Positions 28,654 to 39,691 are shown, counted from the stretch's first letter. The stretch is DNA of 64,000 nt from Oceanispirochaeta sp. (GCA_963663385.2 CAXXXD010000002.1:864001-928000); one strand, 5' to 3'. Translations and numbers: made by a program. The notes: generated by a model not told the origin, from the letters alone.

Positions 28654-30543
28654 ATGACCATACCCTCTCTATTTCAGGAAATTGCTGATAAACATTCCAA
28701 TGTTATATGTCAATACAGCCGGGGAGGGGATGGCAATCATTTTCAACCCACAACTTACGGGGAACTCTACAGAATAATTGAGGGTGTCGCCTGGGGACTG
28801 GATCAGCTGGGAATCGGTAAAGGTGACAGAATCGGACTGATTTGTGACAACCGGAAAGAGTGGCTGGCTCTGGACCTTGCCCTACTTTCACTCGGTGCGG
28901 CGGATGTGCCCCGGGGATGCGATACCATGGCGCCGGAACTTGAGTATATTCTGGGTTTCTCCGAATGTCCTGTCGCCATACTGGAAAACATCCGGCAAAT
29001 GGAGAAGATTCTCCCTTACGCCGTAAAACTGCCGGTTCTGAAAAAAGTCATACTTATCGACAGCAGCGGTGACATCCCGGAATCTCCCTGGGAGGTTATT
29101 CCCTACTCCTCCCTGAAAGATAATGGTGTGGAAGGGGTAAAGCCGGGATTTTTACGGGAGCAGATTGCCAGGGGGAAAGGATCTGATCTGGCGACCCTGA
29201 TCTATACTTCGGGTACAACGGGAGAGCCCAAGGGGGTTATGCTGACCCATGAGAATTTCTACTGTCAGGTTAAAGGTATCCACACAGTTGCCAAACTGAC
29301 AGTGGGTGATATCTGGCTGAGTGTTCTGCCTGTCTGGCACTCTTTCGAACGGATCATTCAGTATATTGCCATTGGAGCGGCGACGACGATTGCCTATTCC
29401 AAACCGATAGGCAAGGTAATGCTTATGGACCTGCAGACACTTAATCCCCAGTGGATGGCATCGGTTCCGCGTATCTGGTCCGCTATCGAGTCGGGTGTAT
29501 CCCGGAACATCAAGTCAAAAGGCCCGGTTGCCTGGGGGCTGTTTCGTTTCTTTCTGGCGGTTGCTTCGGCTCATCAGGCTATGCAGAACCGCTTGCAGGG
29601 ACGTGTCGCCGATTTCCGCAAGCGTTTTACCCTGCCTTACTACATCCTTTTTCCGATTCCCTGGCTGCTGCTCTATCCCGTTCGAATGCTGGGGAACAAG
29701 CTGATTTTCAGCAAGATTCAGGAAAAAGTCGGAACCAGTTTCCATGCGGGAATTTCAGGAGGAGGAGCTCTTCCTCCCAGGCTGTATAAATTTTTCAAAG
29801 CCATCGGGATTCAGATACTGGAGGGATACGGGTTAACTGAAACCGCTCCTGTTGTGGCATTCAGTTCGGAGTTTCATCCTGTTATGGGTGTTGTCGGAAA
29901 AGCATATCCCCGGGGAACAGAGATCAAGGTCGTTGATGGAAACGGCAGGATGCTTCCTCCTGGCGAGAAAGGGGTTGTTATGCTGCGGGGAGCCCAGGTG
30001 ATGAAGGGATATTTCAGGAAGCCCTCTTCAACCGAAAAGATGATCGATAAGGACGGCTGGCTGAATTCGGGAGATCTGGGAATGATGACAGTTAAGGGTG
30101 AGTTGAAAATCATCGGACGGGAAAAGGACACAATCGTTCTGCTGGGAGGGGAAAATATCGAGCCTGTACCCATGGAACAGAAACTGGCGGAATCGCCCTA
30201 TATTGAACAGGCCGTGATAGTGGGACAGGATCAGAAATACCTGGCAGCACTGATTGTTCCGGATTATGATGCCCTGGAAGCCTATGCCAGAGATAATAAC
30301 CTGGCTTATGAAAACCGTATCCACTTGAAGGATGTTCACACCATACTGGAACTGATGAGCAGCGAAATCAATCAGCTTATAAGCGCAAAAAACGGATTTC
30401 GTCCTTTTGAACGGATATATAAGTTTGAAATTCTGCGAAAACCTTTTGAAGTAGGAAAAGAGCTGTCGGGAAAACAGGATCTCAAACGGCATGTCATTGC
30501 GGATATCTACAAAAAGGAAATCGCCGGGATGTTCGAATCCTGA
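28654..30543 (+). CDS. Long-chain fatty acid--CoA ligase (AMP-forming)
   Basis: YTSGTTGEPKG, EGYGLTET, SGDLG and GENIEP. Confidence 0.93.
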   Translation: MTIPSLFQEIADKHSNVICQYSRGGDGNHFQPTTYGELYRIIEGVAWGLDQLGIGKGDRIGLICDNRKEWLALDLALLSLGAADVPRGCDTMAPELEYILGFSECPVAILENIRQMEKILPYAVKLPVLKKVILIDSSGDIPESPWEVIPYSSLKDNGVEGVKPGFLREQIARGKGSDLATLIYTSGTTGEPKGVMLTHENFYCQVKGIHTVAKLTVGDIWLSVLPVWHSFERIIQYIAIGAATTIAYSKPIGKVMLMDLQTLNPQWMASVPRIWSAIESGVSRNIKSKGPVAWGLFRFFLAVASAHQAMQNRLQGRVADFRKRFTLPYYILFPIPWLLLYPVRMLGNKLIFSKIQEKVGTSFHAGISGGGALPPRLYKFFKAIGIQILEGYGLTETAPVVAFSSEFHPVMGVVGKAYPRGTEIKVVDGNGRMLPPGEKGVVMLRGAQVMKGYFRKPSSTEKMIDKDGWLNSGDLGMMTVKGELKIIGREKDTIVLLGGENIEPVPMEQKLAESPYIEQAVIVGQDQKYLAALIVPDYDALEAYARDNNLAYENRIHLKDVHTILELMSSEINQLISAKNGFRPFERIYKFEILRKPFEVGKELSGKQDLKRHVIADIYKKEIAGMFES

Positions 30544-30547
30544 GAAA

Positions 30548-30808
30548 TTATTCAGAAATATACAGCAGCAACAGCGTGGACAGAGGGTGTGCGCTGTTGC
30601 AATTTTCAGATATAAGGCTGCTTAAACGGGTACGTATTACTCCACGTTCCGAATAGGGCGCGGCCTCCAGTAGACGGATCTGTACTTTTAACAGGATGAT
30701 CGTCAGGGTGTCGGCAAAATCGGATCGTGTTTCATCGGCAAGGATTTGTTCATTTTCCAATTGCTGCCAAATCGCTTTTTGCCGTACATCAACTGCTATC
30801 GTGTCCAT
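30548..30808 (-). CDS. Hypothetical protein
   Basis: 86-aa ORF from ATG 30808 downstream of the tolC-like gene; no recognisable motif. Confidence 0.45.
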   Translation of the reverse strand: MDTIAVDVRQKAIWQQLENEQILADETRSDFADTLTIILLKVQIRLLEAAPYSERGVIRTRLSSLISENCNSAHPLSTLLLLYISE

Positions 30809-30855
30809 ATCATTCCCGGTTTTCCGGGATAAACTTGTATCCCGGATAGAAATTA

Positions 30856-32199
30856 TTAAAAAGGAAGTTCGTCCCCTTCTCCTACAGCCTGCTGCCACTG
30901 GAAGTAGGCATTGAGATAGTCATAGATCGCAGCGTAGTAGTTTAACTGCGCTCCGGAGAGGTTTAACCGGGCATCTTTAAGGTCCAGTTGGGTTGCCAAT
31001 CCGTTCTTGGATGATATCTCCATTATATTATAAGCCTTTTCTGCTGTTTTTAAGGTTGTTTCGGCAGATTTTATTCTGGAAGAGGATTCATCCAGTAAAA
31101 GTTGCAGATTGTTTATCTCCGTACGGATCTCATCCTGTTTTTTCAGGAGGTCAACCCTGGCTTTTTCCAGCTCCAGTCTGGCATCCTCCATTTTGGCAAA
31201 ACGGCTGCCTCCATAGAAGATCGGGATGGTCATGGTAATACCGGCTGTCGCCGCGTTGGTTCCGTCTTTCAGTTCAAATTCATCCGAGTTCTTGATATAC
31301 CCGTATCCGGCCGAAGCGGAAAGGGAAGGGAAGAATTCCGCACGTGTCGCCGATACGTTGATCTCCTGAAGATCAATGGTTCCCTGAAGGGCCTGATAAT
31401 CCGGCCGGGTCCCGAAGATGCTGCCCAGTTCAACAGCCCCTTCTACGGAAGGCGTCGTTGTGAGGGATTCTGTCAGGATAATTTCCGCTTCCGGTTCAAG
31501 TCCTCCCAGGTGTTTCAGACTGGACATGGCAAGGTCCCTGTTGCGGGCAGCCTGGGTTGTCTCCGGGATATTTATCTGCCAGTTGACTTCTGCCTGAAGA
31601 ACATCCAGCTCGGAGGCCAGTTCATTTTCATACTTTTTCTGTACCTCCAGGTAGGTTTCATAGGCGTTCTGTTCGGTCGCTGCTTTTACATTGTAAACCT
31701 CTTCCATAAGTACTGTCTGAAAATAGACCTGTTTGGCTGCTGTCAGAATAGCCTGACGGCTGGCCTCGTAGATGGTTCCCGTCAGTTCCCTGTATTTGCT
31801 GCTGGCTTCCAGGGCTCTGAAAACAGTCACATCAAATAGCATCTGTTCCATTCCAACGGACAGGGAGAATTCGTTCTTTGTATTATAGGGCATATCCACC
31901 CAATACAGATCGTACATCTGGGTTGCCGGGTTGACCGAGGGAATCGCTCCCACAGCGGCGGGAACTTCGATTTCAATTAGATTCCTTGTATAACCGGCGC
32001 TGCCTGCAATCATCGGCTTTGTGGCCGATCGGGCCAGTTTTTCCTGTGCTCCTGCGAGCTGCTGGTCCAGATTGGCCAGGTAGAGGTCTTTGCTGTTTTC
32101 TTCTACCAGATTCATATAGTCTTTCAGGCTGATCTCCTGTGCGCAGATACCGGCTGCGGTCATCAGGATAAAGGAGACGGCTAATATATATTTTTTCAT
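30856..32199 (-). CDS. TolC-family outer-membrane efflux protein
   Basis: Signal peptide; two OEP repeats (FPSLS, GLATQLDL); follows the RND gene. Confidence 0.9.
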   Translation of the reverse strand: MKKYILAVSFILMTAAGICAQEISLKDYMNLVEENSKDLYLANLDQQLAGAQEKLARSATKPMIAGSAGYTRNLIEIEVPAAVGAIPSVNPATQMYDLYWVDMPYNTKNEFSLSVGMEQMLFDVTVFRALEASSKYRELTGTIYEASRQAILTAAKQVYFQTVLMEEVYNVKAATEQNAYETYLEVQKKYENELASELDVLQAEVNWQINIPETTQAARNRDLAMSSLKHLGGLEPEAEIILTESLTTTPSVEGAVELGSIFGTRPDYQALQGTIDLQEINVSATRAEFFPSLSASAGYGYIKNSDEFELKDGTNAATAGITMTIPIFYGGSRFAKMEDARLELEKARVDLLKKQDEIRTEINNLQLLLDESSSRIKSAETTLKTAEKAYNIMEISSKNGLATQLDLKDARLNLSGAQLNYYAAIYDYLNAYFQWQQAVGEGDELPF

Positions 32200-35100
32200 A
32201 CGTTTACTACCTCAATTGCTTTTTTCAGGGCTCTTTTCTTCTTTTTCTCCTCTTTCCCGGATTCCAGGGCGTTTTCAATAGCCGGGATAACAAAAAGGGT
32301 AAGGAATGTGGCGGCAACCAGACCTCCGATACTGACAAGACCCATGGGCTGGCGCATTTCCGCACCCGAACTCCCCAGACCTAATGCCATAGGGAGCATT
32401 CCCAGGATTGTGGCAATATTCGCCATCAGAATAGGCTGCAGTTTGGTGGGGCAGGCTTCCAGCAGCGCTTCGCGGACACCCATACCTCCGTCTCTCAGCT
32501 GGTTTGTGTATTCCAGGATCAGGATGGCATTGTTGACTACCATACCCACCAGCATGATAATGGCCATCATGGAGACCATATTCATGGTAAAGCCGCCGGT
32601 CAGGAAGAGGGCTACCACTCCTATCAGGGAAAGGGGAATGGTGGAAAGTATCAAAATGGGCTGCCCAATCCGTTCCAGAATGGCTGCCAGAAGCATATAG
32701 GTCAGGATGATGGCGATGACAAAGGCAAAGCCCATGTTTCTCATGGTATCATTCATCATCTCCGCATCACCGCCCCATTTCAGGGTGATGGAACCGGGGA
32801 GAGTATCAGCAGCAAGTTTATCGATAGCCGTTGTGGCATTCCCCAGTACGGCTCCCGGCAGAAGCCCCGAGGTCATTTCCACGGATGTTTTCTTATTTAT
32901 CCGAAGCAGCTTACTGACACCTTCTTCCACTTCGATTCTGGCAAAAAAGGAGAGGGGATATATTCCGCTCTGAGTTGATACCGGGATGTTTCGAATACTG
33001 TCATAGCTTGATACTTCTGTATCAGCCAGGGTCACACGAATGTCATACTCTCTGCCTTCCGTCTTCATCTGGGTCATTACTACACCGTCAATGGCGCTGC
33101 GCATACTCATGGCAAGATCCTGTATGCTGACACCCATCTCGGACAGTTTCTGTCTGTCCGGGTAGAGGGATATTTCCGGTTTTCCTTCTCCGGTACTGGA
33201 ATTGATACCGGTGAGTCCGGGGATATCCGCCATTCCGCTTTTCATTAGAGCCGCATATCGGGAGAGTTCATCCATATTGTCTCCCTGCAGGTAAAATGAA
33301 ACGGGAGCCGTGCCGCCATCCATCCCGCCGCCGGCGGCCTGAACCCGGATAACAGCCCCTGCTATATTGCTCAGGGCTGCTCCGATCCGGCTGGCCAGAA
33401 CAATATCGGATTCTCTGAGGTCCTTATCTATAAGGGTTATATTCAGCTTGGCCAGATTGGTCCCCGAATCGATAGAGGAGAGGGTCCCCAGGTTTGTTAC
33501 GATCTGTTCCACCTCTGTAAAGGCTGCCGTTCTGTCTTCGATCTCTTTAATCAGAACGGCGGTTTCACTGAGAGCAGCGTCTTCCGGCAGTTCCACTTCA
33601 ATGGAAATCATTCCGCTGTCCATGGCCGGCTGGAATTCAAAAGGGATAATGGTAAAAGCGAACATGGCTGCCCCGAAGAGCAGGAGAGTTCCCATAATCA
33701 GTAATCCGCTTCTCAGCCGGTTATGCAGTATCTTTTCCAGGATGAAAGCATAACCCCGTTCCATGGATTTAAAGAAGTCCTCAATTTTCTGTGAAACCTT
33801 CATCTTTTTTTTCGGTTGTTCCGGCAGCAGAAGGGAGGCCAGCATCGGTGTCAGGGTGAAAGAGATGAAGAGAGAGAAGAGAGTCGCGATAACAACGGTC
33901 AGGGCAAAATCCCCGATAAATATACCTACAATACCACCCATGGTTCCCAGGGGAAGGAAAACACATACGTTTGTCAGGGTGGAAGCTACTACGGAAACAG
34001 TTACTTCTGCCGTCCCTTTCGAGGCGGCATCCCTTCTATTGTGTCCCATCCCCTTGTGACGGAAGATATTCTCCAGAATGACAACCGAGTTCATTACCAG
34101 AACTCCGACCGATGTGGACAGGCCCATCAGGGACATCAGGTTCAGGGTTATTCCCATCTGATTGAGAATGATAAAGGTTGGAATAATCGATAGGGGCATG
34201 GACAGGGCTACAATCAGGGTAGACCGGAGATCATGCAGAAAAAACAGCAGGATACCCGCTGTGAAAATGATACCCAGAAGAATATTGCTGAGGGTATCGT
34301 TAACCGTATCCTGTACAAAAACGGAGTCATCCATGGTAATGGAGAGGTTAACGCTTTCGGGCAGCTGTTTCTTAAGTTCCGGAAGCAGGGTTTTCACTTC
34401 ATTTGCCACATTAACAGGATTCCCTTCGGGGGATTTGATGATGCTGAGCAGTACCGCATTGTCCTGACGGAGACCCGCTTTTGTATCAAAGAGGGTTACC
34501 CTTTGACGTACATCTTCCGAGGAGGGTTCAATGGTGGCCAGCTGCCCCAGTTTCCGCATCCCCGAGGCCGTCGGAATCAGCATTTCCTCCAGTTCATCGG
34601 TACTGGAGATCTCACCTTTCAGGCTGACCGAGTAATCTTCGGACTGATCCTGAAAATTCCCTCCGGGCATATCCATATTGGCGTAAGCCAGGATTCCCGC
34701 AATCTGGGTAAGATTAATCTGATTTTCATAGATAGTGCTATTATCGAATTCCACCCGGATTTCCCGTTCAAAACCACCTATAACATCAACATTTCCCACT
34801 CCCTGAATCTGGGAGATCCGGTCTTTAACCGTTGTATCCGCCAGGTAGAAGAGCTCTGTTGACTCTATGTCTCCGCTCAGCATTACTTCCATAACCGGTG
34901 AAGCTGCAATATCAATCTTGCTGATAACCGGCTCTTCCGCACCGTCCGGAAGGTTATTCACTATGGCATCAACCTTCTCCTTCGTATCCTGCAGGGCTAT
35001 GTCCGTATCCTTTTCCAGTTCGTATTCCAGAATGATAATGGAGGCGCTGTTCATACTGTAGGAGGTAATATTCTTCAGCAGGCTGATGGAACTTACTTCA

Positions 35101-35306
35101 TCTTCAATCTTCCGGGTAATCAGATTTTCAATCTGTTCCGGTGCGGCGCCGGGGTAGACTGTCTGAATGGTAATATAAGGGATTTCTGCATCGGGCATAA
35201 GATTAAGGGGGAGGTTTAAATACCCCAGTATGCCGAAAAGCAGCAGAGCGACCATGACCATTGAGATCAGAACCGGTCGTTTTATGGATATGTCTGATAA
35301 AAACAC
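32196..35306 (-). CDS. RND efflux permease (AcrB/HAE1-like)
   Basis: IKRPV, YPGA, VILENIFRH, VNNAIL and PILM; 1036 aa; GTG start. Confidence 0.95.
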   Translation of the reverse strand: MFLSDISIKRPVLISMVMVALLLFGILGYLNLPLNLMPDAEIPYITIQTVYPGAAPEQIENLITRKIEDEVSSISLLKNITSYSMNSASIIILEYELEKDTDIALQDTKEKVDAIVNNLPDGAEEPVISKIDIAASPVMEVMLSGDIESTELFYLADTTVKDRISQIQGVGNVDVIGGFEREIRVEFDNSTIYENQINLTQIAGILAYANMDMPGGNFQDQSEDYSVSLKGEISSTDELEEMLIPTASGMRKLGQLATIEPSSEDVRQRVTLFDTKAGLRQDNAVLLSIIKSPEGNPVNVANEVKTLLPELKKQLPESVNLSITMDDSVFVQDTVNDTLSNILLGIIFTAGILLFFLHDLRSTLIVALSMPLSIIPTFIILNQMGITLNLMSLMGLSTSVGVLVMNSVVILENIFRHKGMGHNRRDAASKGTAEVTVSVVASTLTNVCVFLPLGTMGGIVGIFIGDFALTVVIATLFSLFISFTLTPMLASLLLPEQPKKKMKVSQKIEDFFKSMERGYAFILEKILHNRLRSGLLIMGTLLLFGAAMFAFTIIPFEFQPAMDSGMISIEVELPEDAALSETAVLIKEIEDRTAAFTEVEQIVTNLGTLSSIDSGTNLAKLNITLIDKDLRESDIVLASRIGAALSNIAGAVIRVQAAGGGMDGGTAPVSFYLQGDNMDELSRYAALMKSGMADIPGLTGINSSTGEGKPEISLYPDRQKLSEMGVSIQDLAMSMRSAIDGVVMTQMKTEGREYDIRVTLADTEVSSYDSIRNIPVSTQSGIYPLSFFARIEVEEGVSKLLRINKKTSVEMTSGLLPGAVLGNATTAIDKLAADTLPGSITLKWGGDAEMMNDTMRNMGFAFVIAIILTYMLLAAILERIGQPILILSTIPLSLIGVVALFLTGGFTMNMVSMMAIIMLVGMVVNNAILILEYTNQLRDGGMGVREALLEACPTKLQPILMANIATILGMLPMALGLGSSGAEMRQPMGLVSIGGLVAATFLTLFVIPAIENALESGKEEKKKKRALKKAIEVVNV

Positions 35307-35340
35307 GAATTTTCTCCTGAGAATTATTTATATAAAAGGA

Positions 35341-35372
35341 AGCCCCCTCGACTTCGCTCGGGGGGCTTTTTT
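35341..35372. repeat. REP-like hairpin between the MFP and RND genes
   Basis: AGCCCCC-TCGACTTCGCTCG-GGGGGCT; 35343-35362 is 17/20 identical to 49375-49394. Confidence 0.6.
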
Positions 35373-35373
35373 A

Positions 35374-36435
35374 TTAGTTGTTGAAAACGAGCTGGGAGGC
35401 TGACTCTTCCACGACGAAAAGGGGAGACTGGTCTCTCACCTGGGAAATCCCGTCGGTTATCAACTTGTCATTGGCCTGCAGTCCGGCTGTTACTTCATAG
35501 TACATACCCTGCTTCCTGCCGGGCTGAATAATCTGGCGGGAGGCATAACCGTCCTTGTCCAGGTATACAAACCAGTTGTTCTGATTTTTCTGAATCTCAT
35601 TCCGGTGCACAACAATGGCATCCTTTATCAGTTCCGTCTCAATGTCGATGTCTGCTGTAATACCGCTGGGAACAGCATGTTCCGCATTACTGAACACTAT
35701 TTGTACGGCAAAGGCTTTCTTTCGATCGTCCATGGAGAGGTCCACCTGTGTTACCACACCGTTCAGACTGAGTCCCTCCCATTCCGCCTGCGCCCTCTGG
35801 CCTTTGCTGATCTGACGAATCTCATGATCGGCTACCCAGACAACAGAAGTCAGTTCATCATAATTGGATACGGTAAACAGGCTGTCTCCGGGGGTGACAT
35901 TCTCTGATTCCTGGACATTGAGCCTGGTGATATATCCTGATATGGGCGCTTTGACTTCCACCATATCATTCACGGTTTTCCAGTTGGCTTTCTGTACATC
36001 ATACTGTGTTCTGGTATCATCATAGGTTTGACGGGAAACACCGTTGCTGTTGTAAAGGCTTTCTATTCTGCGGAATCCTTTTTCTGCGGCTTCGAATCCG
36101 GCCTGAGCCTGGTAGTAGTTTACGGCAGGGTTATTTTTCGGGAAGCGGATGATGGGCTGGTCCTTTTCCACGTAGTCCCCCACTTCAACAAGAATCTCCT
36201 CTACCGTATCCGAAACCAGGGAGGATCCTGTCGATTCCTTGGCTCCTTTCAGGGAGGAAGTAAAAGTCAGGTAGGTGGAGAAATCCTGCTCTCCAACAGC
36301 CCTGACCTTTACAGGAATCCCCTGTTCCCTGAAAATCTCTTCCATATTTTTCATAGCTGTCTGGTCTTCCTTCTGACAGGACGATACCAGTACAATCATT
36401 AATAATATTCCGGCTATCTGTATTATCTCTTTCAT
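35374..36435 (-). CDS. RND periplasmic adaptor (membrane fusion protein), lipoprotein
   Basis: Lipobox VSSC; VEVGDYVEKDQ and VKAPISG lipoyl half-motifs. Start set at ATG 36435 after GGAGG. Confidence 0.92.
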   Translation of the reverse strand: MKEIIQIAGILLMIVLVSSCQKEDQTAMKNMEEIFREQGIPVKVRAVGEQDFSTYLTFTSSLKGAKESTGSSLVSDTVEEILVEVGDYVEKDQPIIRFPKNNPAVNYYQAQAGFEAAEKGFRRIESLYNSNGVSRQTYDDTRTQYDVQKANWKTVNDMVEVKAPISGYITRLNVQESENVTPGDSLFTVSNYDELTSVVWVADHEIRQISKGQRAQAEWEGLSLNGVVTQVDLSMDDRKKAFAVQIVFSNAEHAVPSGITADIDIETELIKDAIVVHRNEIQKNQNNWFVYLDKDGYASRQIIQPGRKQGMYYEVTAGLQANDKLITDGISQVRDQSPLFVVEESASQLVFNN

Positions 36436-36611
36436 TTTATTTCTTCCTCCGTTAAAGGATACCATTAAGTTAATCATATAAGAGCCGCCCCCGCGGATTA
36501 GGGAGTGCCGGGACGGCTTTTAAAATGTATAAACCGCAAGCAGGAACGTCTTCCTGTGCTGTGATTCTAAATATACTGCCGAACGGACAGGCTTTGTATT
36601 AACACAGAGGG

Positions 36612-36642
36612 AACAAATCTGAACGGATTGTTCAGATTTGTT
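36612..36642. promoter_or_regulatory. Perfect inverted repeat, candidate repressor operator
   Basis: AACAAATCTGAAC-GGATT-GTTCAGATTTGTT between the RND operon and the two-component system. Confidence 0.65.
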
Positions 36643-36743
36643 ATATTGGGATTTTATGGATTTACCGCAGGTTTTGTGAGAAAATGGCGCAGAGCGGTAA
36701 AGCTCCATTATAATGACAGTTATTGGAAACAGAGGGATAGAAA

Positions 36744-37439
36744 ATGAATGCCAGGATTCTGATCGTGGAAGATGAAAAGGATATTGCCGACATTATAGTC
36801 CTGTATCTTAAAAAAGACGGAGTGGAAACTATCTGGGCTGAAACAGGAGAGGCCGGCCTGGCTGTTTTTGAAAAACAGGACTTTGATCTTGTCGTTCTGG
36901 ATATCAACCTGCCTGGAATGGATGGTTTCGAAACTCTCAGAAAGATCAGACAGAAGAGTCAGGTCCCTGTCATTATTGTTTCCGCCCGTCAGGAAGATGT
37001 GGATATGATCCTGGGATTTGGAACCGGTGCGGACGATTATGTGACCAAACCCTTCAGTCCCAGCGTTCTGGTTGCCCGTATACGGGCTCATTTAAGGCGT
37101 CAGGAGGATTCCCGGGATCTGTCTGCCAATCAGTCGTATAGCTTCGGACCTTATTCATTGGATATGGATCGGCTGATTCTTACAAAAGACGGGGCTGTTG
37201 TAAACCTTTCTCCCCGGGAGATGGACCTGCTTATTTTTCTGGTTAATCAGCCGGGAAAGGCCTTTACCCAGGAAGAACTTTATCATGCCATCTGGGGAAA
37301 TGATTTCGGAGATCTCAGTACCGTATCCGTTCATATCAGAAGACTGCGCCGCAAACTGGGAGAGGACTCCTCCAATCCCTGCTATATAAAAACCAGATAT
37401 GGATTCGGGTATTTTTTTCAGGGGGATGATACTGTATGA
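36744..37439 (+). CDS. OmpR-family response regulator
   Basis: VEDE, LDINLP, ADDYVTKPF and VHIRRLRRKL. Confidence 0.95.
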   Translation: MNARILIVEDEKDIADIIVLYLKKDGVETIWAETGEAGLAVFEKQDFDLVVLDINLPGMDGFETLRKIRQKSQVPVIIVSARQEDVDMILGFGTGADDYVTKPFSPSVLVARIRAHLRRQEDSRDLSANQSYSFGPYSLDMDRLILTKDGAVVNLSPREMDLLIFLVNQPGKAFTQEELYHAIWGNDFGDLSTVSVHIRRLRRKLGEDSSNPCYIKTRYGFGYFFQGDDTV

Positions 37440-38803
37440 ATCGCTGCGAAGGACCCCGAATGAGCTGGCGTATGGTTATTCTTAATCTGATACTGCCGAT
37501 GAATCTTCTGGTTCTTATGTTTGTACTGTTTATTCAGATCTGGTTTCTGCAATTTGAAGTTGATATGGACGGTCTGGAAACAAAACGCTTTCTGGCCGAT
37601 CCCCTGCTTGAAGTATTCAGCGATAAGGCGGAAGAGGATAAACGGGTTCCCGAGTGGATTGCCCTGGTGGTTCTGGAGGACGGTAAGGTTTATTACCCGG
37701 CGGATAATCTGGAGGAGTTCTTCGAGGGGATTATTTTTACAGAGAGACTGGACAAACTTCAGATATTCCTGTCCATGATGGTAAAGGAGATTCCTTCGGA
37801 TATGAACATCGTCCCCTTTCTCTATCAGGGGCAGAAAGGGATCTGCTTTTATTTTTACGATGCCCTGCCCAGCGCATTCAAGGTTCTACAGAAACCTCGC
37901 TACCTGATCAATCTGTTTCTTGTTACGACTCTGTTTTTTCTGTTGGGAGCTGGTATCATATTCAACCTGAAAAAGAATATGGAAGAGCTGATACAGGCCA
38001 CCCGCCGGCTGGGAGAGATGGACTTTGATACGCCCCTGATTCCGAGTAAAGACAACGAATTGAGCGATGTTTTCGTTGCTTTTGAAGAGATGCGTAAGGA
38101 GATGCTTCAGCACCGGAAGCAGGGGATGCTCATGATGATGTCCATAACCCATGATTTGAAAACCCCCCTTACTTCGATCCGGGGGTATCTGGAAGCTTTC
38201 CGGGACGGATTGGTGGAATCGAAAGAAGAGGCGATGCTGATTATCGGAACTCTTTTAAACAAAACGGGGCTGCTGGAAGAAAGAATCAATGAGATGCTGG
38301 ATTTTGCCAAGCTTGTTTCTACGGATTTTGAAAGTTCGGCACAATCCATTCCGGTCAGGGAGTGGCTTAAGGAACTGAACGGATATTTTTATGAGGAGGC
38401 GCATCTGCATAACAGGCATTTTACATCCCTGGATGATACGCCCGAGTCCCTCACCCTGTTAGGATTTGAAAAACGTCTGAGCAGAACAGTGATCAATCTC
38501 TTTGACAATGCCTGCCGCTACACGGGAGCAAACGATGATATCCGCTTTACCAGCGGTTACGATAATCAGATGAACTCTCTCATTCTCCGAATGGAGGATA
38601 GCGGCAGCGGAGTAGCTCCCGGGGACAGGGAGAGAATCTTTGATCTTTTTTACAGAAAGGACAAGGGCCGCAATACCCGTGGAATGGGTATCGGACTGGC
38701 TTCCGTTAAATTTCTGGCGGAACTTCACGGCGGTTCGGTTGCCTGTTTTGATTCGCCCCTGGGAGGCGCCTGTTTTGAAATCCGCCTCCCAGTTGAGGTA
38801 TAA
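37436..38803 (+). CDS. HAMP-domain sensor histidine kinase
   Basis: Two transmembrane helices; HDLKTPLT, NLFDNA, DSGSG and GIGLA. Confidence 0.95.
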   Translation: MNRCEGPRMSWRMVILNLILPMNLLVLMFVLFIQIWFLQFEVDMDGLETKRFLADPLLEVFSDKAEEDKRVPEWIALVVLEDGKVYYPADNLEEFFEGIIFTERLDKLQIFLSMMVKEIPSDMNIVPFLYQGQKGICFYFYDALPSAFKVLQKPRYLINLFLVTTLFFLLGAGIIFNLKKNMEELIQATRRLGEMDFDTPLIPSKDNELSDVFVAFEEMRKEMLQHRKQGMLMMMSITHDLKTPLTSIRGYLEAFRDGLVESKEEAMLIIGTLLNKTGLLEERINEMLDFAKLVSTDFESSAQSIPVREWLKELNGYFYEEAHLHNRHFTSLDDTPESLTLLGFEKRLSRTVINLFDNACRYTGANDDIRFTSGYDNQMNSLILRMEDSGSGVAPGDRERIFDLFYRKDKGRNTRGMGIGLASVKFLAELHGGSVACFDSPLGGACFEIRLPVEV

Positions 38804-38811
38804 TACTCTTC

Positions 38812-39456
38812 TCAGGCTCCCAGGATACTTTCAACAGTTTCCATCAGAACCGGATCAATTTTCAGGGAGTTCAGAGTCTTGTGATCTTCCATGAGCAGAT
38901 CTTTTTTGATCCGCGCAGAATCGACGATCATCCGCACAATGCTTTCCTGCGGTGTTTTTGCCGTATTGAATACCAGATCAAAGGCGCTGCTGCGATCGGG
39001 ATGGCCATGAAACCATCTTTCAACAAATGTTTTCCGGATTTTATCCATTTTCATAACTTCGCTTCTGGCTTCACTGACGGAGGAGAGAGTTTTATCCTTC
39101 ATATGACGCCTGACTCTTTCTTCAAGGGGTGCCCAGAGCCTTACATTAAGAACATCAGAGTAATCAGGGAATACGGCAAAACTACCCCGGCCCAGTATTA
39201 CTACATTGCCATGTACGCCGATTGCCTGAATTACCCGGCCCAGAAAATCGATCATGTTTTCCTGAAAGCTGTCCATTCTGTCCAGAAAGCCGGGCGCCGA
39301 TTCGTAAACCTGATTGAACTCAACCATACCGTACTGATCCATGATCTTTTCAATGGTTTCTTTTGTAATGAAATGATAGCCAAGTTCTTCCGCTACCTGA
39401 CTGCCGATTGTCCTTCCTCCGCTGTTCAGAAGCCGTGAAATAGTAATTACCTTCAT
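38812..39456 (-). CDS. Cytidylate kinase-like family protein
   Basis: ITISRLLNSGG, VILGR and FDLVFNT. Confidence 0.85.
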   Translation of the reverse strand: MKVITISRLLNSGGRTIGSQVAEELGYHFITKETIEKIMDQYGMVEFNQVYESAPGFLDRMDSFQENMIDFLGRVIQAIGVHGNVVILGRGSFAVFPDYSDVLNVRLWAPLEERVRRHMKDKTLSSVSEARSEVMKMDKIRKTFVERWFHGHPDRSSAFDLVFNTAKTPQESIVRMIVDSARIKKDLLMEDHKTLNSLKIDPVLMETVESILGA

Positions 39457-39691
39457 CTCTTCCTCCCCAACCCATACTTTCAGGGGATTAGTACCAAGTC
39501 ACCGGGAATCACAGTATTTTTCATTCCTTTCTCCTCTAATTATAAGGGAGAGGGAATAAAAACTCCAATTTCCGGAGAAATTCAGAAAACAATTATTTTT
39601 TTTGTTGCATCCTTGACTAACAGTTCCGGAAGCAGTATTTTAAAGATAAAATAATATCGATACAAAAATATCGTATAGATAGGAGATATAT

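Noticed and set aside
36520..36708. 62-aa minus-strand ORF as a leader peptide of the RND operon
   Set aside because: It has no convincing RBS and runs through the operator-like palindrome and probable promoter.
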